Source: Guillardia theta CCMP2712 (taxonomy: Eukaryota; Protista; Cryptophyta). Taken from it: 64,000 bases of DNA. Within the stretch, counting starts at the first letter, position 1, and each line of letters starts with the position of its first letter. Both the position numbers and the translations under genes were made by a program. Where the stretch lies: positions 4,273 to 68,272 of the forward strand of contig NW_005434654.1 of NCBI RefSeq assembly GCF_000315625.1, given 5' to 3'. The notes under the pieces were generated by a model that was not told the DNA's origin, did not search any database, and saw only the letters and a list, made by a program, of their open reading frames with translations. Positions 1-13,732 of the stretch are shown piece by piece.

Positions 1-2465
<2,465 letters not shown>

Positions 2466-5400
2466 TCTGCAAAGTTTTCCTGCGGCACAAGTCACCAACA
2501 CCAAGGCCTGCCCCCAGCATGTGACTCTTTGATCTCGTATAGACACAGGGTTGAATTCTCGTCAATTTGATAATGTTAGCCTCTTGTTTTGTGTGTTTGG
2601 TGCCGTCGAGAAATGATGGTGCCTCGTTGGAGGTGTAGACGGGCGCCAAGGTTTCTCACACAACACGTGAGCTCAGGACAGGATGAAGTCCAAGGATAGG
2701 GGCACAGGGCTTAAGCCAGACAGAAGGGATAACGATTGATAGTAAGTAGTGCGGTATTGGTGATGGCAGTGGGAGGAGGAGGAGAAGGAAATTTAGATTA
2801 CAAGAGGAAAGGAAGGGCAGTAAAGGAGCAAGTGCCCATGATGGTCAGGAGGACGAGGGGCAGAGTGATGAAGAAAACGACGATGAGGAGGAAGAGGAGG
2901 AAGAAGACGAGGAGGAGGAGGAGGAGGTGGACGCTGGTTCCTGTGCCAGGGGATATAAAAGAACAGGTGCTGCATAGGTGCATGCCGTGGCGTTTTAAAA
3001 TTCATGCACGGATTTTATAAAACCTTTTAAACGATTTATGGTACTGAGTAAAACTATTTGTATCCCAACTTCGATTACAGCTTTACCTTTACAGACTTAT
3101 ATATGTTTGTAATATGTACCAAGTGTGGTTGTTCTTGGATCCTTTAAAACTACACAAAACATTTTTATAACCATGACAGATCCTGAGATTTCAGACTTGA
3201 TCCTAATTTTCAATATTGAGAGCATAATTTGAACTTATGAAATTAAATTCTAAACCCTGTGTAGCCGCATCCGTCTCCTCCATGGTCTGGTGAGGGGCGA
3301 CAAAGGAAGGGGCGATGAAAGCGCAGGAGACGAAGGGAGTAAGATCATGGCGATGAAAGCGCAGGAGACGAAGGAAGTAAGAGCATGGCGGTGCATGGCT
3401 CTTCTATTATTCTCCGACATGCCTGAATGATCTGCTTACTCACTTGTCAGAATTGTGCTCATGCTTGTGGGAGCATGTAGTGGAGAATGAGACTTGGAGG
3501 CAGTTGTTTTCCTCTCCCGGCCATGGTTGTTCTAACTGCTGTCCTACACGTGCACATGGGAGATGCTAATGGAGTAAGATTTGATCATGCTTACTCAAGC
3601 TGCATCCAAGACAACAGTGTGTACCTCGAGTCTGCACAAAACATGCAAAAATTGCATCTCAATCATTCGAATTCGCCATCGGGCGAGAGGCAGTATCAAA
3701 TTTACAATGATTCTTGTATCAAATGTCGTAGATCGAAAGCGCAGACAGGAACCTCAAATCGAACTCGTGGATGCACATCTCCTCCGATCCACAAGATGTC
3801 ATGCAGATACTTGTACGGGTGCCTGAAACGTCCATCCTACGGTCGGGAGGTCGGCCAGGAGAGCATGCTCTAACACTGCATTAAGCAGGCTCCTTGAAAG
3901 ACAGATTGGCGTTGTTCTGCGCTGATCATAAGTCGCCGGATCATGTCGACGTGAGGAATCGAGTATGTTTGGAAGCTCTTGGTTGCAGGTAACTCGGCAA
4001 GCAGCATTCATGATAGGTGCTTACTTGTTGCCAGTCGAAGGGCTACTTTCGGAGATCCAGAAACGCGGAGTGCACTAGTCTGCAAAGAGCACAGAAAGGT
4101 AACCAGGAAGGGCCACGGTGCTTACCCTTGATGCTGCGCTCTAGCCATGGCACATTGACCTGACTTCCAAACGGTGCACATTCGGGAACTGCACCAGTAC
4201 GTTGAATCTGATATCAAAGTTATTCCTGTTTGACCGCGCCCCAGGGAGAGCATCGTTTGGCAACAGCTCTCTGCTCTTCTGTTTGAGACACAAGGTATGA
4301 CGTTGGCAGAGGCGTCAGGTTGGGTTGTCTTACATTCTTCACCAGCAAGCTTTGCATCAGAACCTCCGGTATCTGCGCAGGTAGATGCACTGCACCCTTG
4401 GACGGTACTATGAGCTTCTTTGATGGGATCAAGACGGCAATTTGATGAGGTATTCTATCTTCCCATATTCTCATCTCGAACATTATGAATCTCTATGGCC
4501 TGTCTGCTCTGTGAAACCGATTTCTTCTGCTCTTTCTTACTTGTATGTGTCAGCTACCTGGTTCTTTTACTTAGAATCGACATCAAGCAGTGCTGTTTTT
4601 TTATCATCAAGACTACACCAAGAACACTTGACGCCCTTGTACAAGCACGGAAGGATAGTTGCGCTCTGATCTCATTGCACGCGATCGGCAACGAGCACTG
4701 CATGTTCAGATCACCTGCTGCTCCAGGGATCCTGCAGGCACAACTTGCGACGGCAGCAGCTACCAGCAATGAGACTGTCGGGGACTTCGATGGACGAGGA
4801 AGGGGTCCATTTCAGGAAGTACCCCCTTCCCCGACCATTTTTTTCTGAGGGAAACTACGGGTACTTTGACTACCCACCCACGAAGAGTAACACTCCGATC
4901 AGCTGCTCTTCACCCACCCGTTTTTAAGAGGGACATAGGGGGTACTTAGATTGTTTACTACCCCTCCTTTTGAAATGAAAGGACAGGGTGATCTATGACA
5001 AGGCGGGTGGGTGGAAGCTGAGGGTGGTAAATGGAGGCCGGAGGGGTGGGGGTACCTCTTATAAGGAGGGATCCGGAGGCCGAGGGTGGAGGGGTAGAGG
5101 GGTGGGGTGGGTTACCCCGTAGTAAGCGAAATAAATTGATAGTAATTGATGATGAGTAACTCTTGTCAATTATTTATGGGCAAAATTGTACACTAAAAAC
5201 ATACGTGCATTTTTGTAGCATCTTTTAGTTGAGCAAAATAATTGATAGTAAATTGGTACTATAGTACTGGCAATGACGGGGTCAGGAGTGCAACCCCTCG
5301 ATCGACACATGTAAACAAGAATGCCGGGGAAAGGAAGAAGGGCGAGGGGGAAGAAGGCGGGAAACAGGAGGAGCCATGGTGGGCTGATCGGCAGGAATGG

Positions 5401-6035
5401 CAGAATATGTGACAGACAGGAAGGCAGCAGAGCAAGGGTAGCTGAGGAGAAGAAGCAGTGTGGAGGAGAGGAAGGGAGGGTGAGGAGATAAAGCTGTTCG
5501 ACAAGGCTGAGGGGCACGTTGTCGGGTCAGGAAGAGACGGGCAGCGTAGATGCTCTCAAAGAGTCGTCAGTCCCAGAAAAAAAGACGGGGTCAAGGATAG
5601 GCATGGTGTGTTGCGGATTTTAAGCATCGGCGTGTTTCTGAGATAATGAGGAGAAGAGTCTAGTGGAAGTGAGAAGGTGAGGTCCGCTCAGCTCCAGCTC
5701 GTCCTGTTGGCCCCTGGTTGATCTAGGAGGTACCATGAGATGTGTAGAGACGGTGATTTAGCAGATCCGTGCCATGAGCAAGGGAGCAAGGCTCGTTTGC
5801 TGACGGAGAAGGAGTGCGAGGTTTGAACATAGGGGATCAATTCAGCAAAACGAGGCGAGCATGCATCAAGGACAATGGCTCCACCTTTACATCTTCAATG
5901 ACTCTAACTCCACACATCAGCCCACCTACCCCGCCTCCTCCTCCCTTTCCCCCACCATGTCGCATCCTCGTCACTCTCTGAATACTCTAGTCTAAGATCC
6001 GCCGCTGCCCTGGCCTCACATTCTACTGCAGGATC

Positions 6036-6354
6036 ATGCACAAAGCGGCAGCCCTGTTGCTGGTCGCATGCGCCGCAAGCGCCAATGCCTTCTCGCTCTC
6101 CTTTGGAGGTCTTCGTCCAGCGCTCAAGACAACTGCAGTCTCCTCTCGCTGCCCGGCTGTGAGCAGGAGCGGAGTGTTTGGCAGCAGGAAGCAGCGATGC
6201 GCTCTCAGAGGCGCTTCCTCCCTCCAGCTCTCTGCCACCGTCTCCCAGAGCGAGGTCTCCATGCCCGCCCTCTCCTCCACCATGAAGGAGGGAAAGATCG
6301 TCCAGTGGACCAAGTCCGTCGGCGACAAGATCGAGGCCGGTGAGACTTTTCTCG

Positions 6355-6388
<34 letters not shown>

Positions 6389-8731
6389 TCTCCTTCTCCT
6401 CCTCCACCTGCCCCTGCTTGTGCTCCTGTGGCGTGCTGACGGTGGTGGGCAGGTGACATCATCATGGTGGTGGAATCGGACAAGGCAGACATGGACGTTG
6501 AGGCGTTTGAGGAGGGATACTTGGCCAAGATTCTCGTTTCTGATGGACAGTCAGCAGCCGTTGGCTCCCCTGTTGCCATCATCGTCCAGGACAAGTGCGT
6601 TCTAGGCTCTTGATGTCTCCTCCTCCTCTTCCTCCTCCTCCTACTTTTGGTAATATTTTCTTGCTTACTGTATTTTTTAGGTCGGATATCGACAAGGTTG
6701 TCATGCCAGGCGCTGCTCCCGCTGCTGCTCCTGCCGCTGCCCCAGCTGCTGCCCCAGCTGCTGCTGCCCCCGCCTCAGGCGTCCCCACTACTCCCATCTT
6801 CATGCCCGCCCTCTCCTCCACCATGAAGGAGGGAAAGATCGTCCAGTGGACCAAGGGAGAGGGCGACAAGGTCGAAGCCGGTGGGACTTCTTGCCTCCTC
6901 CTGCTGCTGCTCCTCCTCCTCCTCCTCCTGCTTGTGCTCCTGTGGCGTGCTGACGGTGGTGGGCAGGTGACATCATCATGGTGGTGGAGTCGGACAAGGC
7001 AGACATGGACGTTGAGTCTTTTGATGAGGGGTGAGATCATGAAAGCTCCTACTTTCCTCCTGTTAGCTCCTACCATCTTCCTCGTTCTCTTCCTCTTCCT
7101 CTTCCTCCTCCTCCTCTTCTTCTTCCTCCTTCTCCTTCTCCTCCTCTTCTTCCTCCACCTCCACCTCCACTTCTATACTCCCTCTCTCCCCCTTCACCTT
7201 CTTTCCTCTCTCCACTTCTTGTCTCCTCTAAACTTGAATGTTCCAGCTACATCGCAAAGATTCTTGTCCAGGACGGAACCTCCGCCACTGTGGGATCTAC
7301 CGTTGCTCTCCTTGTCGCTAACAAGTAAGTCGGAGGAGCAAGGTGTTTTCAAGTCTCACCCTCTTCCTGCAGGGACGACATCGGCAAGGTCTCTGCTGCT
7401 GACGCTCCCGCTGCCAGCGCTCCAGCTGCCCCTGCCGCGGCTGCTGCCCCAGCTGCTGCTCCAGCTGCTGCTGCAGTTCCCGTCGCCGCACCTGCTCCTG
7501 CTGCTGCTGCCAGGTGCTGTCTCCAGTGCTTCATGCTCTATGCTTGCTGACTGCTTTGTCAAGCAGAGCTGCTGGAGATCGTGTCGTTGCCTCCCCACTT
7601 GCTAAGGTGAGCCAATCCTCCTCCTCCTCCTCCTCCTTATCCTCCTTATTCCCCCCCTCCTCCTTTAGCTTCTGACACTCTGGCCAGTCTCTTGCGGCTG
7701 AGCGCGGCATCAACCTCGCCGACATCGTGGGCACAGGACCCGGAGGACGCATCACGTCCATGGACGTTGAGAACTTCAAGGGAGGATCCAAGAAGAAGGA
7801 GGACAAGGCCAGCGCTCCCAGCGGCCCCACCATCGACAGGACAGGAGGAGGAGTCATTCCTCCAGGCGCCATCATCGCCAGCCCGCAAGCCAAGAAGGCA
7901 GCCAAGCAGAGCGGTTTCGACCTCAAGAAGCTCGCGGGTAAGGGCACCGGCCCCTTCGGTCGCATCACCGAGGAGGACGTCCTGCTCGCGGCCGGCAAGG
8001 CCCCAGCTGCCCCTCCTGCTGCTCCTGTCAAGTCCTCCCGCAAGGTCCCTGAGCTCCCCGACGGGCCTGTCGCCATGACGGGCATGCAAGTAGCGGTGGC
8101 GAACAACATGGACGCTACTCTCAACGTCCCCATCTTCCGCGTGTCGAGGAGCATCACGACCGACAAGTTCGACGAGCTCTACGCGGCCCTCAAGCCCAAG
8201 GGCGTCACCGTCTCTGCCCTCCTCTCCCTCGCCGTCGCCCGCGTGCTCGAGAAGCATCCCATCATGAACGCGCGCTACGACGCCGCGAGCAAGTCCATCG
8301 TCTACCGCAAGGACATCAACATCGCCAACGCCGTCGCCATCGACGGAGGGCTCATCACCCCCGTGCTCAAGAACGCCAACATGATGGACATCGAGACGCT
8401 GAGCGGGCAGTGGAAGGAGCTGGTGGGCAAGGCCAAGTCAGGCAAGCTGAGACCCGACGAGTTCCAGTCCGGCACCTTCACCATCTCCAACCTCGGCATG
8501 TTCGGCGTGAGCCAGTTTGGCGCCATCCTTCCTCCGGGCCAGGGAACCATCCTTGCTGTCGGAGGAGCGAAGGAGGTTGTGGTGATGAAGAATGGCGCGC
8601 CGAGCAGCGTCAAGCAGATGGAGGTGACAGTCACGTGCGATCATCGGCACATCTACGGAGCCGACGCTGCTCTCTTCCTCAAGAGCCTCGCGGAGATGCT
8701 CGAAGAGCACCCGCTCGACATCATCCTGTAA
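6036..8731 (+). CDS. Plastid pyruvate dehydrogenase E2 (dihydrolipoamide acetyltransferase): 2 lipoyl, 2 peripheral subunit-binding and 1 catalytic domain; multi-exon
   Basis: Leader MHKAAALLLVACAASANAF (signal peptide + AxAF); MPALSSTMKEG and VESDKADMDVE twice; GTGPGGRIT and GTGPFGRIT; GTFTISNLGMFG; catalytic DHR motif. Confidence 0.95.
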
Positions 8732-9085
8732 GCTCCTCGCGTGCGTGCGGAATAAACGAAAGATGCACCTGTACCTGCTCTTCTCCCAAAATGTGTGCTG
8801 TGGTGATAGCGAGAGAGGGAGAGCTTCCTGCGCCAGGGCGGACAATGAGCAAGCGAGCAAGCGAGAGAGAGAGGGAGGAATGGAGAGAAGAAGGATGGAC
8901 GGTAAGCACGATGAGGAAGGAAGAGAAACAGGCAAGGGTGTTAGTCGTGAAAGAGGAGGGATTGACATGAGCCGCGGATGAGGAGGAGGAGGTGAAGGGA
9001 AGGTGGATTGAAGGGTGTCTTTACACGCGAAAGAATATTGCAAGAAGCTGTATTGACGAGACAACACAGAGAGAGAACCAGCACT

Positions 9086-10684
9086 CTACTTGGTGGCCTC
9101 CTTGACAAGGTCCTTCTTGAGCAGCCCCATGAACTTGGACTTCTCGTCGGCAGTCTGGAAGCGACCGTGACCGAACTTGGAGGAGGTGTCGATGAACTTG
9201 AGCGAGATCTCCTCGAGAGCGTTACGGGAGGTCTGAGCAAGGAGACTCTTGCGCATGGTGATGACACGCTTCTTGGTTCCCATGCAGCAGCCCTTGATCA
9301 TGACAAAGTCCTCCATGACCGCACCATAGTGGGGGAACCCTCCCATGGGGGTGATGGACTTCTCGGTGAGATCGAACTCGGTGGTGGCGTTCTTGTGCTC
9401 GATGGATCCGTCGGCCTTGCGCGCGGCCTCGCCGATGCGGTAGATCTTCTTGTTGAGCTCGGTACGGTGGAAGTAACCCTTCTGACCAGCACGGGCAACG
9501 GACCATCCGACAGCGGAAGGATGCCAAGAGCCGACGCAACCAACCTTGCGGAGACCTCTGTGGGTCTTGCGGGGGAGCTTGGTAACATGCCAGCGGGAGA
9601 CAACACCCTTGTAACCGTGACCCTTGGTGACACCGATGACGTCGATCATCTCGTTTTGAGAGAACACCGACTTGACAGGGACCTGCTGCTCAAAGAGCTT
9701 GGTAGCAAAGTCGACCTTGTCCTTGGTGGTTCCTCCGTTGACCTGGATCTCCATGACGTGCGCCTTCTTCTGGCCGATGTTGACCTTGGAGAGCTGGGTG
9801 TGGGCGATGACGCGGACGACCTGGCAGTACTTCTTGATGCGCTCGATCTCCTTGTCGGAGTTCTTGGAGCGCTCAGACTCTTCCTTGGTGTACTTGGTGA
9901 AGGCCTTCTTGGACTTGGACTTGTACCAGTTCTTGTACATCCTCCTGCGGAACTCGTCGGAAAGATGCTTGGCCCACACGGTGGTGAGGGAGCGGAGGCC
10001 ACGAGGGGTCTTGACGTAGCCGACGATGCCGACGACGACGATGGGAGGGGCCTCGAGGATGGTGACGGCCTCCACAGACTCCTTCTTGTGCTGCTTTGAG
10101 CCAGGCTTGTCGACGTCACGAACGATGTGGGTCATGCCGGCCTTGTAGCCCATGAAGGCGGTAAGGTGGCAGGGCTTGGAAGCATCATCGCGAGGGAACT
10201 TCCTGACCCTTCCCCTGTGGTGGGCGCACCTCTTGCGAGGGCAGAACCCAAGGGAACCGTGACGGGGGCGCTCTGTAGAGCATGGTCAGTGCCTTGCTGC
10301 AGCATGCGGCTCTAAACAAAAATGCATACAATTGCTCGGTCAACACATCCAACTTCAAAAACCACTAAATCTATCCATGCGCACCCCTTCCCAGACTTGC
10401 AAACATTATGAGAAGCGGCCTTCCAGCAGATCTCACATGATGCATCGATCACTGCTCATAGCTTCTATCATGCGACCACTCCCTACCTCCCTCAGTCCTG
10501 CCCCCTCACATCTCGTGCATCAGCAGGATGCACTTTCAGATGGATTATGAAAGCTTCTTCCTCTCTCCTGAACTCTCCTTGCCCTCTTCAGCGTCCTCCT
10601 CCTCCATCAACATCAACAGCTCTCCTCCACCACCATCGCCATGGCCTCCCCTCGTCTTCTCTTACCGAACTTGCGATGCGACAT
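9086..10684 (-). CDS. RPL3: 60S ribosomal protein L3 (exon 1 10684-10666, exon 2 10272-9086)
   Basis: MSHRKF|[49 protein letters not shown]. Confidence 0.98.
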
Positions 10685-11135
10685 GGCTGGCGCTGCACGA
10701 GGTCTGCACGAGCTTTCTTTCTTTTCTAGCCCCTTTTTTTTTCAACCGTTATCATTTTTCAACCGTTACAAAAAACTTCAAGATCTCCCGGCCTTTTTTA
10801 GTCACCCTCCGGGCTTCAAGCCACCCGGGGCCTGATCGGCCTTCCGGGCCCGATCGGCGGCAGGTGCCCAGGCTATCTGCGTTAAAAACCTGGGTCGTCC
10901 CACAGTAGTACCATTTTTACTGCAAGCCTCAATACCAGTACTAAATTATTGTGCCATAAATACAGCAACGCACTTAATCTGGTACTATGAGCTGAAGTTT
11001 CATACTTTGATCTGTGAAGTAAATATGGTAGTCTTTCATGAATCGCTTCTTATCTGTATAGCGAGAGATACTACATTAACTATTGCTTTTATAGAATACA
11101 GCTCTTTTTAAAATAAGTTTTATCTGGTGCTATGA

Positions 11136-13732
11136 AATTGAACCAACCCTATGGCGCGCGCAACCGTGGATGCCCTAGCATTTAAATCCTTCTTGAGGAG
11201 TTGAGTCATTATTACTACCACACATCAACCCCAACTTTGTACTTGACCCCACCATCTTCACTCAATATTCTGGTACACATTTGTACCAATCCTTCAATCT
11301 AAAACTATTTTAAAACAACAGCTCCGTGGAAAATGGCTAAGTCCTTTGCCAGGAGACAAGCATCCCTTGAGTCAGAGAGTAGCCTGTATCTTTCATCTAC
11401 CCAGCGAAGCAGTTCCAACAAAGAGATCGAGTAGAAACATCGAAGTGCCAAGTACAAAGCAGCCTGAATTTGCCTGAATTTGCTACTCGCACACTGAATT
11501 TGCTACTCGCACACTGGCAGGTAAGAACTCTTCCCTGTAGTTGTCCTGGGTCAAAGCTCTGCTGTTCTTCCCAAAAGAATATTTCGTCGATTGAGTCAGT
11601 TATATTCTGTTTCAAGCATAACTGATCTTTACACCGCACCATGTGGGAGACGTCAAGAAGCAACATTAAATGTTGCTTCTTGATGCACATTTTCATGTCC
11701 AGTTGTAATGATGTTACTAGGCGTTTCTAGGCTAACGTACTTGATTGCGAAGGATTCGAAGTTGCGATGACCCCTTCCAGTGGGTTCACCTGTTCTTCAT
11801 TCATTCTTTCCTCATGTGTCCTTCGCAAAGCTTCTCCACTTCGTTCATCGTGGATACGATCACTGATCATGAGCATTTCATCAGTTTGACCAGTATAACA
11901 TTTATCTCATTCATCTCACCTGCTGTCAATGTCGTTTGCCTCTGCAGGTGGCCGCCGTATATACTTGTAAACTGTAATGTACGACAAGCTTTCATACTTC
12001 TTCTTCTCGTTTTCCTTCTTCCATGAATCATCCCCATAAATTTTTTCTATAAGCTTTTTGTATGCTGTGTCAAAACAATTTTGGTAATTCTCTACAGTGA
12101 CTTTCTCCTGTCCCTCTAGTCCGCCTTTATCTCTTGCCATGTGCTCAAGCTTCTCCATAACTTTCCGTGCCTTGCAAAAGTTTTGCCGCATCCTTTTCTT
12201 GCGGATAAATTCCGGTTTCAACTTCTTCAAAGGGCATATCTTTTTTGCTATTCCATTCTCAACAAATTGTTCCCCACAGTGCCAACGTTGACACAGGTTC
12301 TTACAGTCTACCTTCTGCACAAAATCGTAATTTTGAGGAACCATACAGATTTCACCTGTGTCCCACTTGAACAAATCCCCTTGTATTGATGAGTCCGTGC
12401 CAACACCCCAGGTCATGTCATGCCCACTGCCGCCGCCACCTGACGACTCCGAGGTCATGCCTGCCGATCTGTCACATCCACCCGTACTTCGCCTGTACTG
12501 GAACATTTGTTCAATGCGTCGAGACAATTCTTGAATAGACTCGTTCAGTCGTTGCTCCAATTCCTTTATATCATCTCTCTGTACAGGTACAACACCATTG
12601 ATTTCGATTTTCTTTAGGATTGTTTCTGTCACAGCTTCAGGTATCTTCGTTATTCCAACCTTCAACTCTTCTCGCAGCATGTTGATTTCTTCCCTTTTTG
12701 CATACTTCCAAGTGTCCTTGCACTGTCAACAAATTCTTGCCTTCTTTTATACGCATCTCTCCATTGACTTTTTTCTCAGTGACATGTTTCGCATATGCTT
12801 GGATGATTTTATCCAAGTTCTGGTCTAAAGTCATCCCAGTCATTTCCTTTTACCCCTATCGCTGTGAATTCCTGATTGTGCTCGAAATAAAAGTCCTTCA
12901 ATGCGCACTTTTATCCTTGTAATGCGCCAACAGACAACGTCTGATGTTTGACATTGTTGGCAGTGGAGCTCGATGCTTCCTCTACCATGTGCTCACCGTC
13001 ATCGGAGTCACTCTCGTCGCTACTGTCGTCATCGGCGTCTATGTCGCCATGTTGCCCTCGCCTCCTCTTCCTTCTCTTTGTCAAACCGGTACTTCTTGTC
13101 AAATAGCCGAACAATCCCTTAACTGCCATCCATGAAAGTGGTAAATTCAATTGTCCAGACTCATTCAAAGCGTTTAAGTATATTTCATACTCGTTGGACT
13201 CGCCTGCTCTTTGAGCTCTTTGAGCGCGCTTCGCTTTCTTTCGGAGGATATCGACGAGTTTTAGAATTTTGTAACGATATACCTTCTGAGTGCTCTCAGC
13301 GATTCGTTTGTTCCTCATCGCATCATACGCATGTATATCTCGGTCTGTTCTGTTAGTAGACACATCCCTCGTGAAAGAGGCTACACTACTTGCATTGTCC
13401 GCTGTCTCTGTCCCCAGACGCAATCCATTTTCGGTCAGTGGGGTGGTTTTACGTTCAACTGTTCGCATACACCAACAATACTTTACTTAACTTTTTCCTG
13501 GTACAAATTATTTCAGCGCAATCTTTGACGCACGTATCCTAGGAACGTCATGTTAGATAACTTGTATACTACCGGTCCTTGATTTTGCATGGAAAAGTAC
13601 CCCGTATATTATATACCTATATCGAGTTGCGTGCTCAATCACTACTTTTATGAATTTTATTACTGCGCGCAACCCTATAACCCTAAAAGGACAGCAACAG
13701 ATATATAGGGATTGCGCCATAAAAATTAATTG
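11136..13732 (-). mobile_element. Non-autonomous Crypton-like (tyrosine-recombinase) DNA transposon, copy 1
   Basis: AT-rich 2592-bp unit bounded by AATTG direct repeats with subterminal inverted TATGGCGC; encodes a disrupted CryptonS-like protein. Confidence 0.75.
11916..13468 (-). pseudogene. Disrupted CryptonS-like recombinase: N- and C-terminal parts kept, catalytic core apparently absent
   Basis: ESTQKVYRYKI..LNLPLS..LQG*KCALKDFY (stop), frameshift, AYAKHVTEKKVNGEMRIKEGKNLLTVQG, frameshift, ILKKIEINGVVPV..FKW..MVPQNYDF..ICPLKKL. Resembles oomycete/diatom CryptonS proteins from recall. Confidence 0.65.

Noticed and set aside
6595-7605. Poly-Leu 'membrane protein' ORFs here and near 23100, 27500 and 44750
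   Set aside because: Translations of (CTC)n/(CTCCTG)n microsatellites, mostly intronic
9008-10099. 363-aa plus-strand ORF
   Set aside because: Antisense shadow of GC3-rich RPL3
13670-13690. Telomere-like AACCCTATAACCCTAAA
   Set aside because: Only two imperfect units; better explained as subterminal motifs of the element
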